A stretch of DNA of 63,972 nucleotides, filler included, from Octopus bimaculoides (taxonomy: Eukaryota), in NCBI RefSeq assembly GCF_001194135.2. It is 5 parts of 5 records of this genome, joined end to end, with 100 filler letters (N's around TTAATTAATTAA, not from the genome) between each part and the next. Parts side by side here need not be neighbours in the genome. Positions count along the whole stretch, not along the records: positions 11,834 to 38,508 come from NC_069009.1; positions 38,609 to 52,687 come from NC_068991.1; 3 more parts are not named here. One strand, written 5' to 3'. Positions 37,775 to 50,657 of the stretch are shown piece after piece. Positions within the stretch are counted from its first letter, which is position 1, and each line of letters begins with the position of its first letter. Under the pieces are notes generated by a model. The model was not told the origin of the DNA. It saw only the letters and a program-made list of their open reading frames with translations, and searched no databases. A program made the position numbers and the translations under genes.

Positions 37775-38266
37775 ATATATATGAAAGAAGGTTTGAAAAT
37801 GCAATTTTAAAGATGTTTATTCACTTGACCGGTTTCACTTTTTTAGAAAAAGATTGTCAAAAGTAAAATGCAAAGTTTTGTATAAGCTTTGTTGTGTTAA
37901 GTACTGGTTGTCACAAAAGTATTAAAATACAAATATACATTCTTTAATAAGAAGAAGAAAATGTTAAAAACAGTTTAAGTATTAAAATACATATATACAT
38001 TTTTTAATAATAAGAAGAAAATGTTTAAAACAGTTTAAAAGAGAGTATTCCACAAAAAGTGTTTGGTAGTATATATATACTCAGAAACATTTTCTTATTA
38101 TTAGTAAAGAATGTATATTTGTATTTTATTCCTATTGTGACAACCAGTACTTAACACAACAAAGCTTTGCATTTTACTTTTGACAATTTTTTTTCTAAAA
38201 AAGTGAAACCAGTCAAGTGAATAAACATCTTTAAAATTGCATTTTCAAACCTTCTTTCATATATAT
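37775..38266. repeat. Fold-back element, about 190-bp arms, TA-flanked, with a about 60-bp tandem duplication at the left arm/spacer boundary
   Basis: ATATATGAAAGAAGGTTTGAAAATGCAATTTTAAAGATGTTTATTCACTTGAC... versus ...GTCAAGTGAATAAACATCTTTAAAATTGCATTTTCAAACCTTCTTTCATATAT. Confidence 0.9.
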
Positions 38267-38508
38267 CTGTGTGTGTGTGTATATATATATATATGTAGGG
38301 TTTTCGAGCGAGATCGTTGCCAGTGCCCCTGGACTGGCTCTTGTGCGGGTGGCACATAAAAGACACCATTTCGAGCGTGGCCGTTTTCGTGCGGGTGACA
38401 CGTAAAAGCACCCACTACACTCTCTGAGTGGTTGGTGTTAGGAAGGGCATCCAGCTGTAGAAACTCTGCCAAATTAGATTGGAGCCTGGTGTAGCCATCC
38501 GGTTGCAC

Positions 38509-38608
38509 NNNNNNNNNNNNNNNNNNNNNNNNNNNNNNNNNNNNNNNNNNNNTTAATTAATTAANNNNNNNNNNNNNNNNNNNNNNNNNNNNNNNNNNNN
38601 NNNNNNNN
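38509..38608. other. Artificial scaffold spacer (44N + TTAATTAATTAA + 44N)
   Basis: Same 100-bp structure. Confidence 0.95.
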
Positions 38609-38895
38609 CTCGCACAGCTCTCACTAGCCATTCTTCTATCCCAAGTTTCCTCATTGACCACCAGATAAGGGATCGGGGGACCCTGTCAAAGGCTTTCTCC
38701 ATGTCAACGAAAGCCAGGTACAGAGGTTTATCCTTAGCTAGGTATTTCTCTTGCAACTGTCTCACTAGAAATAAGGCATCAGTAGTGCTTTTACCTGGCA
38801 CGAACCCAAACTGCATCTCATCTAAATTGATTCGCTCCCTAATTAGTTGGGCTATGACCCTCTCTGTAACTTTCATAACCTGATCTAACAGCTTG
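38609..38895 (-). mobile_element. RTE-clade reverse transcriptase fragment, uninterrupted (young)
   Basis: MQFGFVPGKSTTDALFLVRQLQEKYLAKDKPLYLAFVDMEKAFDRVPRSLIWW is a classic non-LTR RT segment; runs into the spacer. Confidence 0.92.
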
Positions 38896-39177
38896 ATGCC
38901 TTATATATGTGTATAATCAAATTGTTGTAGTTTAACACCCAAAATCAATGCTGATCTAGCAGAACTAAGATCAGAGGTATTCCAACCATGACCATCCCAC
39001 ACCTTCTCCTAAATATGTAGCACTACATTATCTAACGTGATCTTTATTTAACATGATAGAGTGTGATTTGAAGAGGATTTACTTGCTAGTTCTAGCAGAC
39101 TGGATAACCACATACAAGCCACTTCATTGATTCATGCGAAAAAATTAAAATAATTTTCATGGATATCCTTTTCTTAC

Positions 39178-39327
39178 CTTTGTTTCACAATGATTTGCTG
39201 TTCTTTCTTCCAAAAATCTTTAAATTCTTTGCAGAAAGTCATCCACAGTGAAAAGAAATATACAGGTGTAACAGTTTTCTCTCCAGATTTTGGCTTGACA
39301 CAGTAGAATTTCACTACATAGTCAAAT
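39178..39327 (-). CDS. FMN: Formin FH2 exon (150 bp): (K)[49 protein letters not shown](R)
   Basis: Not in the ORF track. AG acceptor and gtaaga donor; KPK.GEK.V.P..FFS.W..F...FKDFWKKE is the FMN FH2 C-terminus. The exon ends in phase 2, so more exon(s) must follow. Confidence 0.95.
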
Positions 39328-40453
39328 CTATTTTAAAAAAATATTAGAGAAAACTGCAACTGAACAATCAACAAAATCAGATAGAGAAGACAAAGATCAT
39401 TTCATTTATTTGGCAGCACTACAAAACACACATCTTCATGTATATAAAGTTGTTGTTATTGTTGTTGTTGTTGTTGTAGTTCAGTGTCCCAGGTCACCCT
39501 TAATCAATCAGCTCTATAATTGGTTTTAAATTTTGGAACAAGGCTAGCAAGTTCAGGGGAGCGGGGTAAGTGGATCACAACCTCAGTGCTCAACTAGTAC
39601 TTATTTTATCGACCCTTGAAAAGATGAAAGGCAAAGTCAACCTCGACAGAATTTGAACTCAGAATGTAAAGATGGATGAAATGCAACTAAGCATTTTGCC
39701 TGGCACAGTAACAACTCTGTCAGCTCACCACCTTAATCAGTTCTATAATTAAAGGCTTTCTAACTGTTACCTTTCTGTCTCCCCCCACCCCCACCCACCG
39801 GGCATCCTGAATCCAAGAATCAAGTATCGAATGCAGTTTTGGCTATCTTTTTTTTTTTTTAAAATGGTTGAGTTTGATTTGAAGGTAAATTGGCTTCTAT
39901 TTCATGTGACCAAGTTGATACTCCATTATTGGCTTGTGTGTATAGGGCTGGTGTCAATGCAAAGCAGTGTTTCCCAGGGTAGGGTGCATACTCCACTGGT
40001 GTAGTATAGGTTACTTCAGTATAAATAACAAGTGAAAAACTCTTGCAAAACTACTTTTGGATATATAGGTACAGGCATGACTGTGGTAAGAAGTTTGCTT
40101 TCCAATCACACGATTCTGGGTTCAATCCCATTGCGTGGAACTTTGGGCAAGTGTCTTCAACTATAGCCTCTGGTTTGTGAGGGGATTTGGTAGACAGAAA
40201 CTGAAAGAAGCCCACCATATGCGTGTGTGTGTGTGTGTGTGTGTGTGGATGTCTTCCACCACTGCTTGACAACCAGTGTTGTTGTTGTTTATGTCATTGT
40301 CACTTAGCGGTTCAACAAAAGAGACCAAGAAGATAAGTACCAGGCAACAGGTTTAAAAAAAAAATAAATAAGAACTTGGGTAAATTCATTTGACTTAAAA
40401 TTCTTCAAAGCAATGCCCCAGCATAGCCACAGTCTAATGACTGTAACAATAAA

Positions 40454-40511
<58 letters not shown>

Positions 40512-41380
40512 TTTTATATTATTAATAAATTCATAAACTTATCAATAATATACTCAGGAAATCAATATTTAATATTTCGAAAGATATATATCCAATATGA
40601 CATAGCAGACACCAAACAACAGACAACATTAATAGTTGTCCTTAAATTACATGTGTATAAACAGGTTGTAATGACATGAAACATATTGAAACTGCTTACA
40701 ATATCAGTTAAGAAAACTGTACAATAGTAAAGTAAGTAAGTAAGTAGTGTTGTTAACTTAGGATATTAACCTACGATGTTAAGTAGCGACAAGTAATCGA
40801 CGCTGTAATTTCAATAGAATATATATATATATATATATATATATAATAGATTTTGTACATTCAGAAATTTAAGAAGGGTGCTGGACAAAAACAAAAAGGT
40901 TGAGAAAAACTGGTTTAGAAGAACCTGTCAACATCCAGATGTATATTTGGAAATTTTACATTGCTACCTCTGGTTATAGGGCTGAGTTGTTCTTACACAC
41001 CATGGGTTACTTGAGAGTAACATGTCTTAGATATGTACAAAATGCAATGCTTTCTTTTATATTTGATCAGGAAGCAGAGGGGCAGTGATCAAGACCATTG
41101 CAGGTTTTCCCAGACAGCTGTGATTGATGTGACTGATGACAACAATTAAAATCTACAAAGCAAAGCCTACTGGAAAAAAATATATAGCTACAACGGAACT
41201 TCCAGGTGGTGTAAATACTCACAATAAAATTTACTTAACTAAAAGGACTTCAAGCAGTGTTAAACCAGGTGACATTCTGGTTGTGAAACAGTGACTAACT
41301 TCTCCAAAGCTTATCTCCTACCCTTATTGACCTGATCATCTACAGCCACTAACAAGAGACAATGTGAATTCATTACTTAC

Positions 41381-41432
41381 TTGTTTTGACATTCTCGAAG
41401 ATTCTCCTGTTGATCTTTTAGTTCCTGTCGAC
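41381..41432 (-). CDS. FMN: Formin FH2 exon (52 bp): (G)RQELKDQQENLRECQN(K)
   Basis: Not in the ORF track. tgcag acceptor and gtaagt donor; phase 1 in, phase 2 out, exactly bridging the flanking exons; coiled-coil-like peptide in the expected position. Confidence 0.88.
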
Positions 41433-42414
41433 CTGCATATTAACAAAAAAATTCAATGCTTAAGCTACCATTCAAAAGAATATCAGTTGTAAAGAAGTGA
41501 AATACAGAGACTAATGATAATGTTGCTAATGAGTAATGTAGCTGTATAAAACAGATATCCATAGTGATGTAAAAATAATTTTAAAAATAAAGATTAAAGG
41601 AAAATATATATTTATCTTTTACCTTGTTTCAGTTATTAGACTGTGGCCATGCTAAGGCACCACCTTGAAGAATTTTAAGCTGAATGAATTGGCTCCAGTA
41701 TTTTTCTTTTAAACCCAAGTACTTATTCTATCAGTCTCTTTTGTTGAGCAGTTATGGGGACACAAACACACCAACACCAGTTGTCAAGCAGTGGTAGGAG
41801 ATGAACAGACACAAAGACACACACACAAATATGATGAGCTTTTTTCACACACTCACAAGAATTTGGTTGGCCTGAGACTATAGTGGAAGGCACTTGCCCA
41901 AGGTTCCATACAGTGGGACTGAACCCAGAACCATATGGCCGGGAAGCAAACTTCTTATTTCTTTATTGCCTACAAGGGGCTAAACATAGAGGGGACAAAC
42001 AAGGACAAACAAATGGATTAAGTCGATTGCATCAACCCCAGTGCGTAACTGGTACTTAATTTATCGACCTCGAAAGGATGAAAGACAAAGTTGACCGCAG
42101 CAGAATTTGAACTCAGAACGTAACAGCAGACGAAATACCGCTAAGCACTTCGCCCAATGTGGTAACATTTCTTATTTCTTTATTGCCCATAAACATAGAG
42201 GGGACAAACAAGGACAGACAAAGGGATCAAGTCGACTTCATCGACCCCAGTGCGTAACTGGTGTGGTAACGTTTCTGCTGGTGTGTTACCAGCGAGGTAA
42301 CATTTCTGCCAGCTCACCGCCCCATTGCTGGGAAGCAAACTTCTTAACACACAGTCACACCTGCATCTAATTTTAAAAAATTCCAAATAGAACATATTTC
42401 ATGCTTAAAGATAG

Positions 42415-42778
42415 AGGCCATAGGTAGACAAGTTAGCTAGACTTTGCTGATGTGAAGGGCAACAACATTACTTTCACTGAAATTCTCAAATTAAACTGTA
42501 CAGTTCCTTGAGATATGCATGATTTAGTGAACAATACATTAAGCTATTGATTCAATCCAGCCATTCCTTCATCTGTTTAAGGGGTGTTAGGTTTAGCATT
42601 CATCAAGGCACCACATTAAACAGATGAGGAAACAGCTGGAATGAAACAATAGCTTAAAGTATTGTTCAATGAATTATGCATATGTATATCCGAATGAATT
42701 ATGCACTTTAACTGGAGAACTTCAGTGAAAGTAATGTTCCTTTGAGCAGAGTTTAGCTAACTTGCCTACCTACAGCCT
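42415..42778. repeat. Old fold-back element in a formin intron (about 360 bp)
   Basis: TAGGTAGACAAGTTAGCTAGACT..AACATTACTTTCACTGAAATTCTC.. pairs with ..GAGAACTTCAGTGAAAGTAATGTT..AGTTTAGCTAACTTGCCTACCTA; inner CATCTGTTTAA/TTAAACAGATG. Confidence 0.8.
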
Positions 42779-43675
42779 GTAACTTTTTCTCATCTCTTCG
42801 ATTTGAAACTTTCAATCAGACTGCTTTATTAGAATGCTTCCAGTCACATGCCATCCACTGTGATTTTCCTAAAGGTGAACTCCTATCTTCAACATTTTCC
42901 TTTCTCCATACAAATGACTTTCTTTTGTCGTTAACTCTAATCAAACCTAAATTACTATGCATACACAAACTAAACACTTGATGCCAGACATGCACTTCTT
43001 CTATAAACAGAGATTTTGAAAACATTTACCAACAAGGATATGACAACCAAGTCTGCCTCAACAATAAAGACATTGCTGCACAAAGTAGGGATTTTAATTC
43101 ACTTACTCTTTATACAGACAGCTAAAATCCTCAATGTTACAACAACTGCCAGGCTTCACAAACTCTGGTCAATTGTTCTGATCTAAGAAGCACCCAGCTT
43201 CAATAACAACTTTTTGTGTTTACAGAAAAATAGAGAGGTTGCTGATGTAAATACTCAATGACTTTTCTCTCAATTAAGAGCAACTCTCCCCTAAAAAACT
43301 AGGAACAAGTGAAACAACATTGAATTTATACTGCTGTCTCTAAAACAACAACAAAATTTACTAGCCTGGGTGCCTACTTAGAGGCCTATAGTAGACTTGA
43401 AGTCAAGGCATTGCAACAGTATAGTGGTAACTTGACCACTCAGCTGGTTATCAATATCAGCTTAACCACCTATACTCTCAGATGACCAATACCTGTATTT
43501 TAATATCACAAAAATATTACACCATTCCTAGCTGTGCACACTCAAAGAAACATCAACATCCATAAATTTACCTACAACTGTCCATCACCTTGAAACATAA
43601 CTAGTATTCGTAGAAACAAAACATAATGCTTTTCACATCTACCAACCTAAATCATAAACATACACACATGTAGAT

Positions 43676-43712
<37 letters not shown>

Positions 43713-44732
43713 CAAATGCTTCATCATATTTATGCATAATTATACAGACAAAATAAAACTCAGCATCCATTTCTGCATAACTGGGACACTGTTGGTTACA
43801 ACAAGGCTTCCAGTTGATCTAATAAACAGAACAGCTAACTCATTAGATTAGCAAGTAACTGAGCACTCTACAGATACATGTACTCATAATGTAGTTCTCA
43901 GGGAGATTCAGCATGACACAAAACAGGACAAGACCGGTCCTTTGAAATACAGGTAGTTATTTTTACCAGCTGAGTGGACTGAAGCAATGTAAAATAAAGT
44001 ATCTTGCTCAAGGATACAATGTGCTGCCAGTAATTGAACTCACAGTCTTATGATTGTAAGCTGAATACCCTAACCACTATGTCTTGCACTTTCATGTCAC
44101 CATCTCTGCAGATAAATGAAAATACACATACACACACACATACACAGACACAGACAAGAAAAAGAAACTCATACACATACACACACATAAATCCCATTCA
44201 ATACAAATACATAACACACACACACACATAAATACAATCAAACATATAAAAGTTACCTCATATATAGAGAACTACACACATAAGTCATTTTTTTTTATGG
44301 TGCTTTTGTGAGGAGGAAGAGTAAATATTCATGAGATTTTCCATGGCCTCCCAGACTGAATGGACAAGAGAAAATCATCATCAAACAGAAGGCCCACAAC
44401 AGAATAGACATGCTAAAAACAACTCAAGGCCAGATGGTGGTGCTAAACCAGAAGTCCCCTAAAATCTATCACCTCAGAACAAAACTAGTCCTTACTAACA
44501 AGCTTCCACACAATTTCTGTTGAGCAACTTCCACTTATAAGGCTTTAGAAGACTATGATAGAAATTAATTACCCACGGAGCTGTTCAGTGAAATTGAAAC
44601 TTAGAAGATGCTGTGAACCAAACTTCTTAACCACACAACCATGACTGTGCCAGTCATACGTGACCTTGTATCTCACCACACACACACACACACACACATA
44701 CACACACACACACATCTACAATTGTTCTTTAC

Positions 44733-44825
44733 CTTTAATGAAGAACTCAGTCATGATGTCTTTGAATGGTTGTAAGAACTTCTCTCCAGAAGATTCCATG
44801 ACTTTATCAGACCGAGTCTCAGCAG
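44733..44825 (-). CDS. FMN: Formin FH2 exon (93 bp): (S)AETRSDKVMESSGEKFLQPFKDIMTEFFIK(G)
   Basis: tctttcag acceptor and gtaaag donor; LQPFK..M..F motif of FMN; phase 1 to phase 1. Confidence 0.92.
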
Positions 44826-44837
44826 CTGAAAGATAGA

Positions 44838-45125
44838 ATAACAGAGTGACAGAATAACAGAGTGAGTGACATATTAACAGAGTGAGTGACAGAGTAACAG
44901 AGTGAGTGACAGTGTAATGGAGTGAGTGACAGTGTAATGGAGTGAGTGACAGGATAATGGAGTGAGTGGCAGTATAATGGAGTGAGTAAGAGAGTAATGG
45001 AGTAGTGAGAGAGTAATGAAGTGGCAAAGAAATGGAGTGAGTGACAGAGTAATGGAGTGAATGACAATACAACGGAATGGACACTAGAGTGATGGAGCAA
45101 GTGACAAGGTATGTGAGTGACTGTA
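44838..45125. repeat. About 20-bp minisatellite (AGAGTAATGGAGTGAGTGAC)n abutting a formin 3' splice site
   Basis: More than 10 degenerate units, starting about 12 nt from the acceptor at 44827-44826. Confidence 0.88.
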
Positions 45126-46236
45126 CAATTCAACTATCAAAAGAATGTGTACAAGCACACATGAACTTGGAAAGGAGAGGTGACTCTTACCATCCCCCTC
45201 AACATTTTTGAAAATGTTGGATAAGTTGTGAAACTCAAAGCAAATCACTGAACTTATACAGTCTTTCATCAACTAGCTGACAGAGTAATAAAGGAAACCA
45301 ACTTTCTTGTTATGTATATTTTCTGAGAGGGACAGGGATATGGATTTTATAGTTGGATATCTTTCTTGTTACCAACTTCCAAACCAATTCATGAGGTTCC
45401 CTACAGATGGACAAAACAATTCTTTTTTCTGTTTAAGTCATTGTCCACCTAGATAAGTTGCTAATAATGTCTTTTCTGGGGTCTACTTTTCATCTTGTGT
45501 GATGAGAAGGCAAACAAAAAAAAGTTTACAAAGTCCTCCTATATTAGAGGGAGAAAGAGAAGAATGTATCTCCAAACTGGATACCTGGCTCAAATATTTG
45601 CATTACTGTGAACACTGCTAAAGGTACCTATGGTTCCAGGTAGGGATGTTACATCAGGTGATGGATTAAACTCACTCTTCAAGTAAGTAGTGGCAGGATT
45701 TGAGCCAGGATTCAAGGAGTCATAACAAATGCATCAAGGCATCTTTTCCAACATTTGAATACTTCTGCTAGTCCACCACTCAAGATAGATACTTATTAAG
45801 CCCTGGAAGGATGGAAAGGAAAGTTGACTGCAGGATTTGAGCACAGAATGCAAGGCACTGCAATAAATACTGCAATCATTTTATCTGACATCCTCGGACT
45901 TAATTCTTGGCTTTTTTTTTTCTCCATTCATTTTGCTTTCAATTTTATAGCTCCAGTAAAGTATTTATTTCTAATTAAGTATCTAAACTATTTTGGTTTT
46001 CTTTTTCTGATCCTATTTAATTAAATTTAACTTAGTTTTGTTACTCTTTGAAATAATCATTGGTTTTATGTTCTATACAAGATTCTTCTAAAAAAAAAGT
46101 TCTAAATGCTCACATCATTAAAGGCTTTTTTAAAATCTATTTGATATGTAAAAACAATTTGTTTATTTTTAAGGTTCAGCATTTAACCCTGAAACACAGA
46201 AACAAAAATGTAAAATGGGGGTTAGACTATCCTTAC

Positions 46237-46420
46237 ATTGGAAATCTTTTTCAATTTTTCCCATTTCAACCAAAATATCTTCAAAATTCACCAAAGTGGC
46301 CTGATTGATATCACTCGGATCTGGCAGAGGCAGAGCAACTTTATCAGTGCCAGCATCTTCTTGTTCATATCTCTGCACATATTCTTTGACAACATACTGC
46401 AATAAACTTGTCCTGTTGTC
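46237..46420 (-). CDS. FMN: Formin FH2 exon (184 bp): DNRTSLLQYVVKEYVQRYEQEDAGTDKVALPLPDPSDINQATLVNFEDILVEMGKIEKDFQ(S)
   Basis: ttttcag acceptor and gtaagg donor; matches the FMN pattern DN..SLL.Y.V..Y....DAG....PLPEP.D..QA....FED. Confidence 0.95.
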
Positions 46421-47610
46421 CTGAAAAATACAAAAGAAAAAGAAACAAATCTGATAGTTTTCAAGCATAAATGAGATAGAGAGAAGCCAACAAGGGAGCT
46501 ACTAGCAGAAACCTACAAAGCTGTTCACACGGCTAGAATTAGCAGCCAAATCTCTTTTAATGAATAATACCAGGACACCCAAAAATTATTATAAACTGTT
46601 AAAGTATCTAAATACTACCATATTTCTACAGTATATTTAATTTTTTCTAACATCTTTCTCATGCTTCATCTTCCGTAATAATCCAAAGAATGGAAAGGAA
46701 AAAAGCTTGAGTAACAATATGTGAAGTCTCAGTTTCTGATAAAATATATTATATAACCCTACTTTCAGGTAGGGTTATATAATATATGTGCCTGTCCACA
46801 TTTAGATATGTGCATGTGTAAAATGATAAGCTCTATCACAAACAACAGAGAACCAAATCATATGCTTCAAGTCAAGTATTTTCTCCTAACATTTCACTGA
46901 GATTAACTTTCTTTTACCCACCTCAAATCACAATGGAATCAATAAAATCAATAGCAAAATACAGACTATTCAGATCAATTATATCAACTGTTTTCTCTTG
47001 AAAAGGGAGGTGTTCTGTGTTTACTTTCCACTCATCTTCTCAAACATAAGCAATGGAGGAATTCTTTGACACATCTTTCCAAAGATACATATCCAGGTAG
47101 AGCTTTTAACATGCCGCTGTCATGAGTGTGCTTACATGGCACAGAAACAGGACTCTTGCAAACCAATCCTCTTCACCAGGGGATACAATCTTAACATTTC
47201 TGCTGTGGAGGATAAGTCTAAATTTCATTCAAAAAATCCATTATCTAAATTGATAATTTATCACAGTATATTTTAACACTACTTCAGTAGCATACTATAT
47301 GTTATTATATAGTCTAATAGGTGGTTTTATATCCACCATGCAAAGTTAGAATAGATTGCAATAATCTTAAATACATGATCTTTCCTTGTACTTCAAGCCT
47401 GAACCCAATTATTCTTGAGATTGACATAGAATGTTTTTTTATAGCTAACTACCTTTCCTATTACAAACACTGCAAGAGAAACAAAGTCAAATGCTGCCCA
47501 CAAACTAAGATACAGAACATTTGTCTTGGGTTTATGATCTAGCTTGGTCCAAAGCTGTTCACTTCACTTCCATAGGAAATTCCAGAAGAAAGTAGAAAAT
47601 GAGAGATTAC

Positions 47611-47684
47611 CTTACTTTTGACATCCTTCAGTTTTGATAAAATCTCCAGCCCAAATCCATCAGCTTGACCACGTTTCATGTGAC
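47611..47684 (-). CDS. FMN: Formin FH2 exon (74 bp): (G)[24 protein letters not shown]
   Basis: RGQADGF..L.KLKDVKS is characteristic of FMN-subfamily formins; AG/GT boundaries; phase 1 in, phase 0 out. Confidence 0.95.
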
Positions 47685-48221
47685 CTAAATATAAAAGAAA
47701 TTAGTACAATATTGACAAACTAGTTCCAAAGCCCTGGAGAAAATACTACATTATAATAAGGCCACATGTACTGACATGCAACCGAGGACCAAGTAACAAT
47801 GAAATAGCAGAATGGACACTACCAGTTCTTAAGTAACTAATTCCTACAGTACACTTTAGAATATTACATGAGATAGACAACCAGCCTATCCAAGGAAAGT
47901 TTATATTTCATCCACTAAACAAGAAGATTAGGTCTTACTATCAGACATCAGGTATTCTATGAACTTCAAAAGTTATTTTTATTTATTCATTTTCATTATA
48001 GCATTGAGTAATAAGACCTTAGTAAACTGATGGGCCTCCTTAACAAACTAGTTCTGCTTAAGCATCAATAGGTCTCATCCTGTTTCACATAAATATACAT
48101 TATTAATAATTCATTTCATACAAATAATGTTTAATATTAATAAGTAATTCGTATTTCATAATTTTGACAAAAACATTATAAAAAACGACAATAATCACAA
48201 GAAACAAAAAATGTAGATTAC

Positions 48222-48294
48222 CTCCGTTCATGTAGTTTCCCATAGTTAAGACAAGGGAGAGAATTCTTCTTATAGACACGCCAGTCACCATTGC
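48222..48294 (-). CDS. FMN: Formin FH2 exon (73 bp): AMVTGVSIRRILSLVLTMGNYMNG(G)
   Basis: Contains the FH2 hallmark GNYMN motif; AG acceptor and GT donor (gtaatc); phase 0 in, phase 1 out. Confidence 0.95.
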
Positions 48295-50061
48295 CTGAAA
48301 CAAAGTTATTTCCCTTTAAATGTACGTCGGTGATGTATTTTGAAGCCTTCAGCCTAAATGATAGACAAATAAATAGCAGTGGGGGAACATACGAAAGGCT
48401 AAGAGGTCGTGACGGTGGATACAATACAACGGTATTAATGGAAATAGAAATGCGGTAATAGTAAATACGTACCTGAAAGATATGGAGAAATAATGCTGTA
48501 CATCTTTTAGAACTTGTTTGTTTGTCACCACCAATAACGCTGTTACCATCTTCATACAACCACCTTCATACATATCATTACTAACAACAGATCTGTTGAT
48601 TGCATCTGCTCATTCAACCAGCATCATTATCATTATCATCCATTAACGCCCATTTCCCAAGCTGGCATAGGTTGGTCAGTTTGACTGGATGCCCTTCCTA
48701 ACGTCAACCATTTTACAGTGTGCTAGGAACTTTTTACATAGCACAGGTACTTTTATGTGGCACCAGCATAGGCACTAGTACATGGCTCCATCACAGGTGC
48801 TTTTTATGCAGCACCAGTACAGGGCTCATGCAGGCCAATCTTCTTTAGCAGAGGGGGTGGCATAAACACTTCTGTGGAGGACATATCTTCTTGAGTACAG
48901 CAAGATGCCAGATACTTCAGTCTGACATTTGTTCTATTAGGGCCACCCTGGGGCCACACAATAACATCATTGCCTTTAAGCTCTGATATTCTGGCTGGCT
49001 TTCACCCAACATCCTTGTAAGCGACAGGCTCCATTGTGCTGGTTCAGTCAGCATACTTATTGGTCTTGGATTATACTTAGGCCTTCTGTAATTTTTCACC
49101 TCCCTTTCCATGACAGTCCCACCCAGAATGTAATTATTATGATGAAAACAGCAGATAAATTATATTCCTAGTTTCTGGGCCTTATTTGAAATTAGCTTCT
49201 TCAGTATCTTTCAATAAAACAAAACTTGCATTAGTGAGTTACTGAGATAAAAACCTTCCAAAGGCTACTGGATAAGTAATACATTCTATAAGAAGTAGTA
49301 GTAGTAGTAGCAGCAGCAGCAGCAGTAGTAGTACCACCACCACCACCACTACCAAAAAGCTACTGAAACAAAATGAGCTGCAACAATTTCTGATGAACTT
49401 CCAGATATTTATTTACTACAACCATCTTTCAGATTTCATTGGTGGAGTTATATTTTATGTTCCCCAGCTTTAAACCACTTGCCTCTAAAATAGACCAGAT
49501 GAGAAGTAGTACAATGATATCAGCTAGAAGACACATCACTATAATTAATGAAAGTTTTATTAACTTTCAGTGACACAGCATAAATCCTAGCATTCATGAA
49601 CCCCGTAGTGCAATGATGTTCTATCAGTGGAAGATATGTCTCATAGCTGTTTTTATCTTGCCAAGCTTGCTTGCATTTACTAAACTCAGTCACACCACCT
49701 ATCATGATCTTGCAAAGAAACCAAAGAAGTCAACTGACTTAAATGTTTAATGATAAAGAAATCAGTGTAAGTCGCATTATACCACAATATTCATTCATTC
49801 ATTTACTTAACATTCATTTTTCCATGTTAGCTTAGGATGGATGAAAACATATTTCAGACAGCATTCTACAACTGGATTCCCATCTTATCACCAACCATTA
49901 TCTGTTTTTCAACTAAAGGACTATTTTTTCCACCGTTTTTAAAAGCAATATATAACCAGTTGTAATGACACTGCTTCAATAAAATAAAATAATAGTTAAC
50001 TAACAAATAAAATACTGAAAGAAAATCCAACCAAGATATTTCTTCATGTCAGGTTATATAA

Positions 50062-50283
50062 GCTTTTAGCATTCAGATAACTCTGTCAAATGCAATACTT
50101 ATTTATTCACATTATTTTAATTAATCATGCATTACCTTGTAGCTTTGAGATTTCGATAGTATAATGGTTTATGCTTAGAATTACATTGTAGGATAGATGT
50201 GAGAGGCTGGCTATCACCAGTTTGAATATAAAACGGAGAATATTTGGACCTGATAAGGCCAATTTAAATGCTAAAGGGTTAAA
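50062..50283. mobile_element. piggyBac-like MITE
   Basis: Right end AATGCTAAAGGG|TTAA; left end decayed ..TTTAGCATT; TTAA target on one side only. Confidence 0.5.
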
Positions 50284-50527
50284 TATCACAGTATGTTGCT
50301 CTGTGCCAACACAGCAAGCCATGCCTAAAATTATCTTGCTTCTTGAGGCCTCTTTATGAACTTAAGATATTTTCTATTCTGTTGAAGTAGTTAGGTTTAG
50401 ACAAATGTATACTTTGACAATAACAACCAACTGGTTAATAGGTTATAATCTTGAATACTATAAATTTATAGCCAGTCACATAAAAAAAACAAACATAATT
50501 AGGCTTAAAGAAACAATGTTTACTCAC

Positions 50528-50657
50528 TTCACATGTCATCTTTAAATTGTTCAGTTTATTTTCCAAGACTGATATGCTTTCTTGGAATGTAGATTGAAAT
50601 ATAGAGCAGAATATCCGTTCAGCATAGTCAGGTATTTGATTGAGGTCATGTAAAAAT
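50528..50657 (-). CDS. FMN: Formin (FMN1/2-cappuccino type) FH2 domain, first visible exon (130 bp): [43 protein letters not shown]
   Basis: AG acceptor at 50659-50658 and GT donor (gtgagt) at 50527-50526. The peptide resembles the recalled vertebrate FMN2 segment [26 protein letters not shown]. Ends in phase 0 and joins the next exon in frame. Confidence 0.93.
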
